A stretch of DNA of 64,000 nucleotides from Candidatus Latescibacterota bacterium (GTDB lineage: Bacteria > Latescibacterota > UBA2968). The notes under the pieces were generated by a model, which was not told the origin of the DNA, did not search any database, and was given only the letters and a program-made list of their open reading frames with translations. Numbering within the stretch: position 1 is the stretch's first letter; the number at the start of each line of letters is the position of its first letter. Below, in pieces: positions 10,459 through 19,803 of the stretch. The stretch is taken from assembly GCA_965198115.1 (NCBI GenBank), contig OZ240241.1:5696001-5760000 (forward strand), written 5' to 3'. Made by a program: the position numbers and the translations under genes.

Positions 10459-11262
10459 ATGAAAGTTGGTATCTACGCATCCATGTTCGGGCAAGACGAT
10501 CCTCCCACCCTGGAGAGCATCGAGAGTTACATCGAGTTGGCCTATGCGCTGAAGGTCGATCTGATCGATTTCCGCGGAAACCGTGGGTTCTCGTCGATCG
10601 ACCACGCGTATCTGTTCGACATCAAGATGCAGTGTCTCCACTACGGTTTGTCGATCGGATACGTCGCCTCGGGTGGGCACTTTACCAGGAACGATGCGAC
10701 CGATCTTCCGGAGAAGCTCGAGCAGATCAGAAAAGACGTCGATGTGGCGGTCACGCTTGGGGCTCCCATGATCCGCGTGTTCGTCGGTCCGCCCATCGAA
10801 GATCACGACGAGCAAAAGGTGGAAATCCAGGCCTTTCAGGAGTCGTGTGACTACGCGGCCGATAAAGGAATCGCTCTCGGTATTCAGAACCATCCATCGA
10901 CCGGCGACGATGTCCTGCGCATTCTCGAGCAGTCGAACCGAAGCAACCTCACCCACATTCTGGATACGGGAGAGTGGGTGGGTTCGCCATCGCGCAACAA
11001 AGGTGTTCTGGATCCTGCATACGACATTTACGGCTTTATGGAGCAGACTGCGCCGCACGCTTCACACGTACGGGCCAAGTTCTACAAGATCGATTCCGGA
11101 CAGGAAGAGTGGATAGACTACGCACGCATCATCTCGATATTGCGCGACGCGAATTTCAACGGTGCCGTGTCCGTCGTGTTCGAGGGGAAAGACATCAACG
11201 ACTGTGATGATACCGAGGTGATGCGGTTGGCGGTGGCAGAGCTGCGATCTCTCACCGCGTGA
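10459..11262 (+). CDS. Sugar phosphate isomerase/epimerase (xylose-isomerase-like TIM barrel)
   Basis: LGAPMIRVF, QNH, LDTG, HVRAK, IDYARII..L...F.G.VS motifs. Confidence 0.8.
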   Translation: MKVGIYASMFGQDDPPTLESIESYIELAYALKVDLIDFRGNRGFSSIDHAYLFDIKMQCLHYGLSIGYVASGGHFTRNDATDLPEKLEQIRKDVDVAVTLGAPMIRVFVGPPIEDHDEQKVEIQAFQESCDYAADKGIALGIQNHPSTGDDVLRILEQSNRSNLTHILDTGEWVGSPSRNKGVLDPAYDIYGFMEQTAPHASHVRAKFYKIDSGQEEWIDYARIISILRDANFNGAVSVVFEGKDINDCDDTEVMRLAVAELRSLTA

Positions 11263-11278
11263 AGAAACCGACCGATCC

Positions 11279-11415
11279 GCGTGGGGATGAATCCCCACGC
11301 TATGATAGCCCTTCGACTTCGCTCAGGATAAACTCCGCCCGCTAAAGCGGGCTGGTAAGCCTCTAGCCGGCTTCAGCCGGCTTCGCATTACTAGCGTAGG
11401 GCTTTAGCCCTACGC
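11279..11415. repeat. REP cluster family F with 23-nt insertion at 11310-11332
   Basis: Four palindromes: gcgtggggatgaatccccacgc, gcccgctaaagcgggc, agccggcttcagccggct, gcgtagggctttagccctacgc. Confidence 0.8.
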
Positions 11416-11426
11416 GATTCGAGGTA

Positions 11427-12344
11427 GTGATGATTGACCGTGCTAGAGTGCGCGAGGCCCTGACGGGGCCGATGACGTCCATCTCGACGCCGTTCAAAAA
11501 AGACGGGGCGGTGGATCACGACAGTCTGCGCCGGACGCTCGATTTCAACATCGAGGCGGGCAGCAAGACGATGCTGCTGACGGCGGGGGACAGTAACTTC
11601 ATTGCGATGTCGGATGCGGAGATCGCAGAGGTTTCGAAGACCGTCGTGGATCACACGGCCGGGCGCGCGATGGTGGTCACCGCGGATCGACATTTTCATA
11701 CGCGGCAGGCTGTCGAATTCGCGAAGTATGCAGCGGAGATCGGATCGGACGTGCACATGGTATTGCCGCCGGACTGGGCGTCATCGTGTACGTCGGAGAC
11801 CTTGCGCGATCATTACGCGGCTGTCGCCGAACACATTCCGGTGATGCTGGTGACGGGTGTCTTCATCCCGCGCGGGGAGGAATTCGGGCTGGAAACGATT
11901 CGGATGGTCAGGGACACTGTCGAAAACGTCGTGGCCATCAAGGATGACATGCACGGTAGGTTCGTCCGGAAGATGGCCCTCCTGGTACACGACCAGTGGG
12001 CGGTGTTCGCGGCGGGGTCGAAGCAAGATCATCTGCTTCTCCATCCCTATGGATGCGATGGTTACATGTCGACGATGATGATGTTCAAGCCCGAAATCCC
12101 TCACGCATACTGGTGCGCCATCGAGGCGAACGACACGGCGGCGGCTACCGCCATTATCCAGGATTACGATGTCCCGTTTTACGACCTGATCCTGTCTTCG
12201 CCCGGCAGTTTCGATGCGGCGATACACGGTGTGCTGGAGATCTTTGGCATCTGCCAGCGCTGGCGCCCCCCGCCTTACTATAACTTGAGCGATGAGGAGA
12301 TGGAGAAGCTGAGGGATGAGCTGCAGGGGATAGGGCTGCTTTGA
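11427..12344 (+). CDS. Dihydrodipicolinate synthase family aldolase/lyase
   Basis: TPFKKDGAVD, MVLPP, VVAIKD (Schiff-base Lys). Confidence 0.85.
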   Translation: MMIDRARVREALTGPMTSISTPFKKDGAVDHDSLRRTLDFNIEAGSKTMLLTAGDSNFIAMSDAEIAEVSKTVVDHTAGRAMVVTADRHFHTRQAVEFAKYAAEIGSDVHMVLPPDWASSCTSETLRDHYAAVAEHIPVMLVTGVFIPRGEEFGLETIRMVRDTVENVVAIKDDMHGRFVRKMALLVHDQWAVFAAGSKQDHLLLHPYGCDGYMSTMMMFKPEIPHAYWCAIEANDTAAATAIIQDYDVPFYDLILSSPGSFDAAIHGVLEIFGICQRWRPPPYYNLSDEEMEKLRDELQGIGLL

Positions 12345-12346
12345 AC

Positions 12347-12462
12347 GCACGGGGATAAAGAAATCCCCACGCTAATTCAGCGAAGCCCGCTAAAGCGGGC
12401 TATAGGATTTCAGTCGGCTTCAGCCGGCTTCGCATTTCTAGCGCAGGGCTTCAGCCCTACGC
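12347..12462. repeat. REP cluster family F
   Basis: Same four-palindrome layout as 11279-11415. Confidence 0.8.
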
Positions 12463-12482
12463 GGATCGATCAGAGGGTCATC

Positions 12483-13595
12483 ATGAAAATTTCCCGTGTC
12501 GAAGCGATCCATCTCGCGGAAATACCGACAGACCCGCCACCTATGCGCGAACTGCCGAACCGGGCGAACGTGACGATCGTCGAGGTGGAGACGGATGATG
12601 GGTTGATCGGCTACGGCAAGGCTGGAGAGAGCGCATCTGCGGTGGCACAGATCAACGGGTCGTTCTCGGATTTCCTGAAGGGTCGGGATCCGATGTTGAC
12701 GGAGGAGATCTGGAACGGGATGATTCAGACCTTCGGCCGCGGAAACACCAGTGTACTCGCCGGGATCGACCTGGCCTTGTGGGATATCAAAGGGAAAGCG
12801 CTCGAGGTGCCGGTGTGGCGGCTGCTCGGGGGTGCCCAGAGTTGGGTGAGGGCCTACGTGTCATTCGGACTGGGAGGCCCTAACACGAGCATGTCGATGG
12901 TGCCGGCCTACACGACCGACGAACTGGTCGAGGAAGCAACGCTTCTGGTCAACGGCAGCCACACCAAGCTGAAGACGGGTGTTGGCCGGTTCCCGGTCCC
13001 GAATCCGGATGCCGACGCGGAACGGATGATCGCCCTTCGGGAAGCGTTGGGACCGGACGTGATGCTGATGATGGACGCGGGCAAGGGCATGACGTTCCAC
13101 GATGCCCTGCGCCTGTGCAAGCTCTGCGAGCCGTATCACATCGAGTTTTTCGAGGAGCCGGTGGTCGACAATGATCAGCGGCAGCTGGCAACCCTTCGAC
13201 GGCAAACCACGATTCCGATGGCGGCGAACCCTGCGGGGATGCGCGATGTCTATCGCGAGTTCATCGCCAACGAGATTGTCGACTTCATTCAGCCCAACGT
13301 GGCGCAGATCGGTATCACGGAGTCGAAAGCGATCGCCGACATGGCCGCTGCATTCAGGATGCCTATTTCAAACGGGAATGGGTCGGGCCCGCACAACATG
13401 CATCTACAAGCGGGGATGCCGAATGGGTGGGGTGTGGAATTCCACTATCGGCACTGGATGGTGTATCGGGCTGTCTACAAGGATCTGCCCGAGCCTGCTG
13501 AAGGATGGCTCACGTTGCCCGAGACGCCGGGGCTGGCGCTGGATCCTAAGCCTGAGGTCGTGGAGGAGTATCGCCAAAACAAAGGCAGCCACTAA
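12483..13595 (+). CDS. Mandelate racemase/muconate lactonizing (enolase superfamily) enzyme
   Basis: VETDDGLIGYG, IDLALWDIKGK, MMDA, FFEEP, PETPGL. Confidence 0.9.
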   Translation: MKISRVEAIHLAEIPTDPPPMRELPNRANVTIVEVETDDGLIGYGKAGESASAVAQINGSFSDFLKGRDPMLTEEIWNGMIQTFGRGNTSVLAGIDLALWDIKGKALEVPVWRLLGGAQSWVRAYVSFGLGGPNTSMSMVPAYTTDELVEEATLLVNGSHTKLKTGVGRFPVPNPDADAERMIALREALGPDVMLMMDAGKGMTFHDALRLCKLCEPYHIEFFEEPVVDNDQRQLATLRRQTTIPMAANPAGMRDVYREFIANEIVDFIQPNVAQIGITESKAIADMAAAFRMPISNGNGSGPHNMHLQAGMPNGWGVEFHYRHWMVYRAVYKDLPEPAEGWLTLPETPGLALDPKPEVVEEYRQNKGSH

Positions 13596-13603
13596 GCCAT
13601 TGC

Positions 13604-13631
13604 GTAGGGACGGTTCGCGAACTGTCCCTAC
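13604..13631. repeat. GTAG-type REP between convergent genes (possible terminator)
   Basis: gtagggacggttcgcgaactgtccctac palindrome. Confidence 0.75.
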
Positions 13632-13648
13632 TGTCTTTGGCGGGGTTT

Positions 13649-14329
13649 TCATCCTACCCACAGCAGACGTTCTTTTCCCCCACAATACTCTCGTGTCTGT
13701 TCGATAAGCTTGTCCGTTGTTGCCTTGACCGTCTCGAGCGGCGTATTCGGGTTACCCTGGACCATGTAAACGCAGCTCGTGCTGTCGAGTCCGACCTTCG
13801 TTTTCTCCACCTGTCGCACTTCCAACCGACATAGCATTTCGTTGCTCGAATCGATGTAGGCGTATTCGCCCGCCGGGACGGTTTCCGATCTGTCCTTTCC
13901 GAGCGGGTGAAAATGTTCCTCACCCGTCGTCAGGCGGAGGGAGATATCCCCTTTGACCGCCGTCACGTCGTGGGCGCCGATCGATAGGAAGGTCTCGAGG
14001 GACAGGCAGTTGTAGATGTCCACGACGAGACTGATTGAAGCGATGTTGCCTCGACTCAGGAAGAGCCCGAGCATGCGCTCGGATGAGCTGGGGAATTTGC
14101 GATTGGACCGGCCCACTTTGTCGTGTAGAGCGCGAAAGCCGGCAAGGGTTGGATCGGTCTCAAGCGTTTCAGGTGTGTAGCGTGTCTTCAACCGCTCGAA
14201 CAGATCCTGTCGATATCGGTCGAACGCGTCCGATTGTTGCCGGTTCTCGAGCCCGTCGATGACCAGGCACGCACACACAACGCCGAGGTTGGATACCTCT
14301 GGCGCGAGCGTGAATGTCCTTTCGGTCAC
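13649..14329 (-). CDS. Stand-alone B3/B4 domain protein (PheRS-beta editing-domain-like)
   Basis: FPSSSERML, ISLVVDIYNCLSL...IGAHD, G.E.F.PLG, GEYAYID, RQ...TKV. Confidence 0.85.
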   Translation of the reverse strand: MTERTFTLAPEVSNLGVVCACLVIDGLENRQQSDAFDRYRQDLFERLKTRYTPETLETDPTLAGFRALHDKVGRSNRKFPSSSERMLGLFLSRGNIASISLVVDIYNCLSLETFLSIGAHDVTAVKGDISLRLTTGEEHFHPLGKDRSETVPAGEYAYIDSSNEMLCRLEVRQVEKTKVGLDSTSCVYMVQGNPNTPLETVKATTDKLIEQTREYCGGKERLLWVG

Positions 14330-14368
14330 GGTTCAGGCCCTAGCGCTGGCGATTCGTGTTTGGGCGAA

Positions 14369-15697
14369 TCAGTAGACGGGCAGATAGGTCTCCATCTCCC
14401 ACGCGCTAACGCTCTGGTGATACTGTCGCCACTCCTCGCGCTTGACGGAGAGATAGGTCTCGGCGTACTTGTCTCCGAGCGCGCCGATTACGACCTCGTC
14501 GGCTTCCAGATGGTCCATCGCCTCCTTCAACGACGACGGGAGATAGTCGATGCCTCGATCGGCCAGCTCTGCATCGGTCAGTTCGTAGAGGTTCTCATCG
14601 TTCCGCTCGCCCGGGTTCTTCTTGTTCGCAATACCGTCTAGGCCGGCGGCCAGGAGTGCGCTGCACGCCAGGTAGGGATTTGCGGCGCCGTCGACGGTGC
14701 GGTTCTCGATACGCCCGGGTCCGGGAATGCGGACCATCTGCGTTCGGTTGGAAGCACCATAACTGACGTAGACGGGTGCCCACGAGGCGCCAGAGTCTGG
14801 AGCGCTCCGGACGAGACGTTTATAGCTGTTGACGATCGGGTTGGTTACGCCCGCAAGGGCTTTGGCGTGATCGAGGATTCCTCCCATGAACCAGTAGGCT
14901 TCTTGTGACAGCCCGTTCTCGTCATCCTCGTTCAGGAAGATGTTCCGATCGCCTTCCCAGAGACTCATGTGGAAGTGAGCACCGTTCCCGGTCAGGTGGG
15001 AGAAGGGTTTGGGCATGGTGGTCGCGCGAAGTCCTCTTTCTTCGGCGACGACCTTGATCATCCACTTGAAGAAGGTGTGTCGATCGGAGGTTGTGAGAGC
15101 GTCGCTGTAGTGCCAGTTGATTTCGAACTGACAGTTCGCGTCCTCGTGATCGTTGGCATACGGCCCCCACCCCATTGCAAGCATGTGGTTGATGAGGGTC
15201 GTCATCAGGTCGAGGTTGCGGTTGAGGGTCAGGAGGTCGTAGCACGGCTTGCCCAGGACGTCGAGCTTGTCATAGATCGCATAGGATCCGTCTTCCTGCG
15301 CTTGCAGGAGCATGAATTCCGGTTCGACGCCGACGTTGAAGGTGTAGCCGAGTGCGTTAGCCTTGTCCAACTGGCGTTGCAGGATCGTACGGGGGCAGTA
15401 GTTGTAGGGTTCCCCTTCGACCTGAATATTTCCGGCGACCCAGGCCATGTTTTCCCGCCACGGCACACGTGTGAGCGATCGGAAATCCGGAATGTTGGCC
15501 ATATCCGGGTCGTGAGGTCCCTGTCCCATTTCACCGGCGGCGAATCCGGCGAATCCGGCGCCTTCGGACGCCATTTCGTCGAGGTTGCTGACGGGCACGA
15601 CCTTGGCTTTCGGAGCCCCACCCATTTCGACGAATGAGCAGAGGAAGAATTCGATGCCCTGCTCGTTGGCCAGCGCTTTGACCTGATCGAGGTTCAT
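14369..15697 (-). CDS. gmaS: Gamma-glutamylmethylamide synthetase (GlnT-like glutamine synthetase homologue)
   Basis: AKVVP, GAGFAGFA, KPCYD, DHEDANCQFE, SGASWAP, DGAANPYL; in mgs/mgd operon; start MNLDQV at 15697. Confidence 0.88.
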   Translation of the reverse strand: MNLDQVKALANEQGIEFFLCSFVEMGGAPKAKVVPVSNLDEMASEGAGFAGFAAGEMGQGPHDPDMANIPDFRSLTRVPWRENMAWVAGNIQVEGEPYNYCPRTILQRQLDKANALGYTFNVGVEPEFMLLQAQEDGSYAIYDKLDVLGKPCYDLLTLNRNLDLMTTLINHMLAMGWGPYANDHEDANCQFEINWHYSDALTTSDRHTFFKWMIKVVAEERGLRATTMPKPFSHLTGNGAHFHMSLWEGDRNIFLNEDDENGLSQEAYWFMGGILDHAKALAGVTNPIVNSYKRLVRSAPDSGASWAPVYVSYGASNRTQMVRIPGPGRIENRTVDGAANPYLACSALLAAGLDGIANKKNPGERNDENLYELTDAELADRGIDYLPSSLKEAMDHLEADEVVIGALGDKYAETYLSVKREEWRQYHQSVSAWEMETYLPVY

Positions 15698-15710
15698 GGA
15701 TTGTCTCCCG

Positions 15711-16403
15711 TTAAGATGTCGATGCTTCCATAGACTGGTATGCGGATTGTCCAACCGGCTGTATGTCCCATTCCGATCCAGCTTCCATCAGGACGGACCA
15801 GAGGTAAGCACCCAGAGATCGTGCCCCGATGATCGAATAAGTGGGCAGGTCATCCAGGTCTCTGCGGATGATCAGTTGGTTTGTTTTTGCGACGCTGCTT
15901 TGACGGGCGTGGCCGGTCGGAAACGCGGAGTCCGCGAAATCCAACCCGCAAACCTTGCTCATCAGCGCCGGAGCACGGGGGCCAATGATACGGACTTCGG
16001 CGCGTCCGGAAGTGATGTCGGTGCACGTGACGAGTGATTCGCCGGTGTGGGACCGCACCTCCGCCAGGGTCTTCGTCTCTTCGCCCGGGGAGACGGCCAG
16101 GTAGAATAGATCCGCTCGAAGACGTACCACACACGTTCCAGACAGGTGAGTGATTTCGCCGATGCTCAGTTCTGGCAGGTCGAACGTGGACTGCATTACC
16201 GTCTCTGAATCAGAACCCTCCACTTGGATCTTACCGTTCTGTGTTTGGTCGTGCAGGACGACGCTGTCACGTGCAGCCGATACTTCGACCTCCACGCCGG
16301 AGAAGACATCGGGCACTGACCATCCTTCCAGGTCGACGAAGGTCGCTCCAAGACCGAGCAGGAGGTCGTGCAGAGGTGAACGCTTCTGGGCAGTCGCTGG
16401 CAC
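15711..16403 (-). CDS. mgdD: N-methylglutamate dehydrogenase / sarcosine oxidase gamma-like subunit
   Basis: GcvT-like fold, RSLGAYLW; follows the alpha subunit. Confidence 0.75.
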   Translation of the reverse strand: MPATAQKRSPLHDLLLGLGATFVDLEGWSVPDVFSGVEVEVSAARDSVVLHDQTQNGKIQVEGSDSETVMQSTFDLPELSIGEITHLSGTCVVRLRADLFYLAVSPGEETKTLAEVRSHTGESLVTCTDITSGRAEVRIIGPRAPALMSKVCGLDFADSAFPTGHARQSSVAKTNQLIIRRDLDDLPTYSIIGARSLGAYLWSVLMEAGSEWDIQPVGQSAYQSMEASTS

Positions 16404-16406
16404 GTT

Positions 16407-19313
16407 TCAGCTCTTCAGTCTTTGGCCTTCGGGATCGAAGAACGGTCCGTGGTGGACGCGAGCCTCTTCGAGCCGGCCATCCCGATGGATGCTGAAGGAC
16501 GCGCCTTCATCGGCGGCGATTTCTGGAGGCAGCCAGCAGAGCCCGATTGGTTTCTGGAGCGTCGGACTGAAGCGTGAGGAACTCACCCATCCTACGATGT
16601 CGAGTGCGCCATCCTCCCGTCGCTTCACGATCTGCAGACCCTCATCCGGCACGACGCTCTTCCGAACCATTTCGAACCCGACTAGCCGTTGTCGCGGGCC
16701 GTCGGCGGCGATCCGCTCGAGGGAGCGTTTGCCCAGGAAGTCGGCCTTTTCCAGCTTCACCGCCCAGGCAAGATCTGCACCCAGGGCGTCGGAGATGGCA
16801 TCGGTGTCCTGGCCGACGATGAGATGGCCTTTCTCGAGACGGAGAATCCGTTGCGCTTCCACGCCAAAGGGCGCGATACCGAACTCTTCGCCCTCATCGA
16901 GGATCGATTCCCAGACGTGAAGACCGGAAGCCGCCGGGCAGTGAATCTCGTATGAGAGCTCTCCAGTGAATCCGATCCGGAGGACGCGGCAGGGGACATC
17001 GGCAACGCGTGTTCGCCGAATTCTCATGTAAGGGAACGCCTTGTTGCTCAAGTCCCGTTTCGTCAGCTTCTGCAGCACATCGCGCGAGCGCGGTCCAGCG
17101 AGATTGAAAGCGGAATAGGTCTCGGTCAGGTCGGTCAAGTGGACGTTACCACCCCAGCCGGATTGCAACCACCACTGGATCCATTCGAAGGCACTACCCG
17201 CACCGGTCGATGTGGTGCTCAGGTACCACGTTTCATCGTCCAGGTGGGCGCAGACGCCATCGTCGAGGACGACACCTTCGTCGTTGCACATCACGCCGTA
17301 GCGTACGCGTCCTTTTCGAAGTCTTCTCCATTGGTTGATGTAGAGCCGCTCCAGCAGATCGGGCGCACCTGGACCCGTCAGCTGGAATTTCCCCAGCGGG
17401 CTGACGTCGATCAGGCCAACGCGTTCGCGGACTCCGTTCACTTCGGATTCCGGGTCGCCGTAGTGTTCCGGTCTCAGCCACGGGCCGGCGACCATCATAC
17501 TCGCATCGTGGTCCAGGTGCCAGTCGTGCACGGAGGATACCTGGACAGGTTCCATGTTCTGACCGGCCAGGGCACCGAGCGTGACCGGCACGGTGGGAGG
17601 GCGCGACGTCGTTCGACCGGTTTCCTGGATCGATTGACATTTGATGCGGGCGCACAGCCGCAAGGCGTTGACGGAGCACATTTTGCCCTGGCACGGCCCC
17701 ATCGAGATGGTGCTGTAGCGCTTGAGAAGCTCGACGCTGTCGTATCCTTCGGCGAGACTGGTGGCCACGTCGATATCGGTCACGTCTTCGCAGTAGCAGA
17801 CGAACCGTTTCTTCCCTTCCGGGTCAGGGATGCGATCTGACGTACGCCGATGGGTCTCCGATTTACGGCGTTCCAGGTCCTGGGCATCGCCCGCCATCGG
17901 TTCGTCACCGAAACCGAGGAAAGCGGCGGCGCGCTGACCAGCCATGGAGCCATCCTCCATCCGGACATCCAATGGATCGGCTCCGTTTGCGCTCCCCGCG
18001 GCGTAGAGTCCGGGTGGGATGGGGTCCGCGCTCATTTCTGCACGTTTCTCGTCGTAAACCGATTTACCGCCCGCCGTGTAGAGCAGGTCCAGCGCCGGCT
18101 CCCAACCCGTGCTGACAGCGATCACATCACACGCGATGACCTGGTCGGAACCCGTCACGACATCGCCGCTGGCATCGACTGCAGCAATGGTGGCCGAAGA
18201 CACGTTCTGCCGTCCGTTCGCCCGCACGAGTAGGGTTCGGTTGTGAATAGGCACGCCGGCTCCGGTGAGTTCGGACGCGGCCGGATGATCCGTCCCCTCG
18301 CGTTCATCCACGACAGCAGACAATGCGACCCCTGCTGCGTGCAGGCCCGCAGCTACAAGCCAACCGTCGTCATTCGCGGTAGCGATCAGGATACGTTCGC
18401 CCGGGGTTACGCCGTACAGGTTCAAGAGTCGCTGAACAGCGCTGCCGAGCATCACGCCGGGGAGGTCGTTGTTGTCGAATAGCGGGGGTACCTCGATCGT
18501 CCCCGTCGCGACGACGATGGCATTCGCCCGGATCTTGAAAAGACGGTTTCCACGAACGGCGGCGAGCCAGTTGTCCTGATACCAGCCGAGGATCGTGGAG
18601 TCGGTGTGGACTTCGATGCGGGTTTCCGCCTCGACTTCGTTGCGCAGGTCGTCCTGGGTCGAGGCATCGGATGCCGAGCGCCAGCAGAGGTGTCCTCCCA
18701 GGTCGGCGTTCGTGTCGAAGAGTAGGACACGTGCACCTGCCCGGGCGGCGGACAGGGCCGCAGACATCCCCGAGGGCCCCCCTCCGACGACTGCGACCTC
18801 CCCGTGTAGATACTGCTTATCGAACGATCCCCAGGGCGTGCCATGATCGACGACGCCTAGCCCCGCGGCCTTGCGCAACGAACGTTCGTAGAAGGGCCAT
18901 AGCTTGCGGGGCTGTATGAAGGTCTTGTAGTAGAAGCCCACGGGCATGAAACGAGCACCCAAGCCGGTCAGGGACATGACGTCCTGGTCCAGAGAGGGCC
19001 AGACGTTCTGAGGGTTCACGTCCATGTCCTCTTCCACGGGGCGCTGGCAGGAGCGCACGTTCGGTTCATCGCCTACTTGCACCAGACAATTGGGGCAGTG
19101 ACCGGCACAGCAAAGCAGCCCGCGCGGGCGGTGGTATTTGAAGGAGCGACTGAAGGTCCGAACACCGGCCGCACTCAGAGCCGAGGCGATGGTGTCGCCG
19201 GGATGGGCATTGTAGACCCTTCCGTCGAAGGTGAATGAAATCCGTGACGATCGATCGATGACTTCGCCGGACTGTTCTGACAGTCGAGTGGGGGCTGGCG
19301 ATTTCCGCGGCAC
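16407..19313 (-). CDS. mgdC: N-methylglutamate dehydrogenase / sarcosine oxidase alpha-like subunit
   Basis: GDTIASAL, RSFKYHRPRG, GFYYKTF, KRYSTISMGPCQG, GFTGELSYE; GTG start at 19313. Confidence 0.88.
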   Translation of the reverse strand: MPRKSPAPTRLSEQSGEVIDRSSRISFTFDGRVYNAHPGDTIASALSAAGVRTFSRSFKYHRPRGLLCCAGHCPNCLVQVGDEPNVRSCQRPVEEDMDVNPQNVWPSLDQDVMSLTGLGARFMPVGFYYKTFIQPRKLWPFYERSLRKAAGLGVVDHGTPWGSFDKQYLHGEVAVVGGGPSGMSAALSAARAGARVLLFDTNADLGGHLCWRSASDASTQDDLRNEVEAETRIEVHTDSTILGWYQDNWLAAVRGNRLFKIRANAIVVATGTIEVPPLFDNNDLPGVMLGSAVQRLLNLYGVTPGERILIATANDDGWLVAAGLHAAGVALSAVVDEREGTDHPAASELTGAGVPIHNRTLLVRANGRQNVSSATIAAVDASGDVVTGSDQVIACDVIAVSTGWEPALDLLYTAGGKSVYDEKRAEMSADPIPPGLYAAGSANGADPLDVRMEDGSMAGQRAAAFLGFGDEPMAGDAQDLERRKSETHRRTSDRIPDPEGKKRFVCYCEDVTDIDVATSLAEGYDSVELLKRYSTISMGPCQGKMCSVNALRLCARIKCQSIQETGRTTSRPPTVPVTLGALAGQNMEPVQVSSVHDWHLDHDASMMVAGPWLRPEHYGDPESEVNGVRERVGLIDVSPLGKFQLTGPGAPDLLERLYINQWRRLRKGRVRYGVMCNDEGVVLDDGVCAHLDDETWYLSTTSTGAGSAFEWIQWWLQSGWGGNVHLTDLTETYSAFNLAGPRSRDVLQKLTKRDLSNKAFPYMRIRRTRVADVPCRVLRIGFTGELSYEIHCPAASGLHVWESILDEGEEFGIAPFGVEAQRILRLEKGHLIVGQDTDAISDALGADLAWAVKLEKADFLGKRSLERIAADGPRQRLVGFEMVRKSVVPDEGLQIVKRREDGALDIVGWVSSSRFSPTLQKPIGLCWLPPEIAADEGASFSIHRDGRLEEARVHHGPFFDPEGQRLKS

Positions 19314-19314
19314 C

Positions 19315-19575
19315 TCAGGCCTCTTCCCACAAATAAGTTTTGGTGAACTCGTTGGTCTTGGTGTGTCGATCAGCGAGAAACCAAAGTCCACAACCTGATC
19401 CGTGATACCACCATTCGGTCTGCAAACCCATCGCGTTCGTGCGTGTGTAGAGGTAGGCGGCCCACTCCTCGTTGCTCACTTGCTGCGAAGGGTCGGGCCG
19501 AGGGCGGTATTCGCCGGCGCACCGGAATTCGGCGGCGTTTCGAGGACCGCAGTTTGGGCAGGGGACGATTAGCAT
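19315..19575 (-). CDS. mgdB: N-methylglutamate dehydrogenase / sarcosine oxidase delta-like subunit
   Basis: CPNCGPR...EF, EWWYHGSGC zinc motif. Confidence 0.88.
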   Translation of the reverse strand: MLIVPCPNCGPRNAAEFRCAGEYRPRPDPSQQVSNEEWAAYLYTRTNAMGLQTEWWYHGSGCGLWFLADRHTKTNEFTKTYLWEEA

Positions 19576-19578
19576 GCG

Positions 19579-19760
19579 GTTGTCAGTGTTCTCTCCTGCG
19601 CCCTGCGGGCTTCCTCTCGTCTTCGCTCGAGACAGGCTCCGAGAACCAGTCGTCAGAGGTCAGGAAAGACGGCGATACGGGCGGCGTCAGTTCGAGCGTA
19701 GTCGAGAACACGCCCATTACGAATCGCGGATAGGGACTTCTCGACTCCGCTCGAAGTGAC
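19579..19760. repeat. Composite repeat (gtcag heptamer-like units plus GA-mismatch hairpins) between mgdA and mgdB
   Basis: ctctcgtcttcgctcgagacagg, ttcgagcgtagtcgagaa, ttctcgactccgctcgaa. Confidence 0.65.
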
Positions 19761-19803
19761 CCTGCTTTTTATCCTTTTACAGTGCCACCTACGTGACAGC
19801 CCA

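Noticed and set aside
10184-12462. Repeats between single genes as integron attC sites or a CRISPR array
   Set aside because: No integrase or cas genes, no consistent RYYYAAC/GTTRRRY ends and no regular repeat-spacer period
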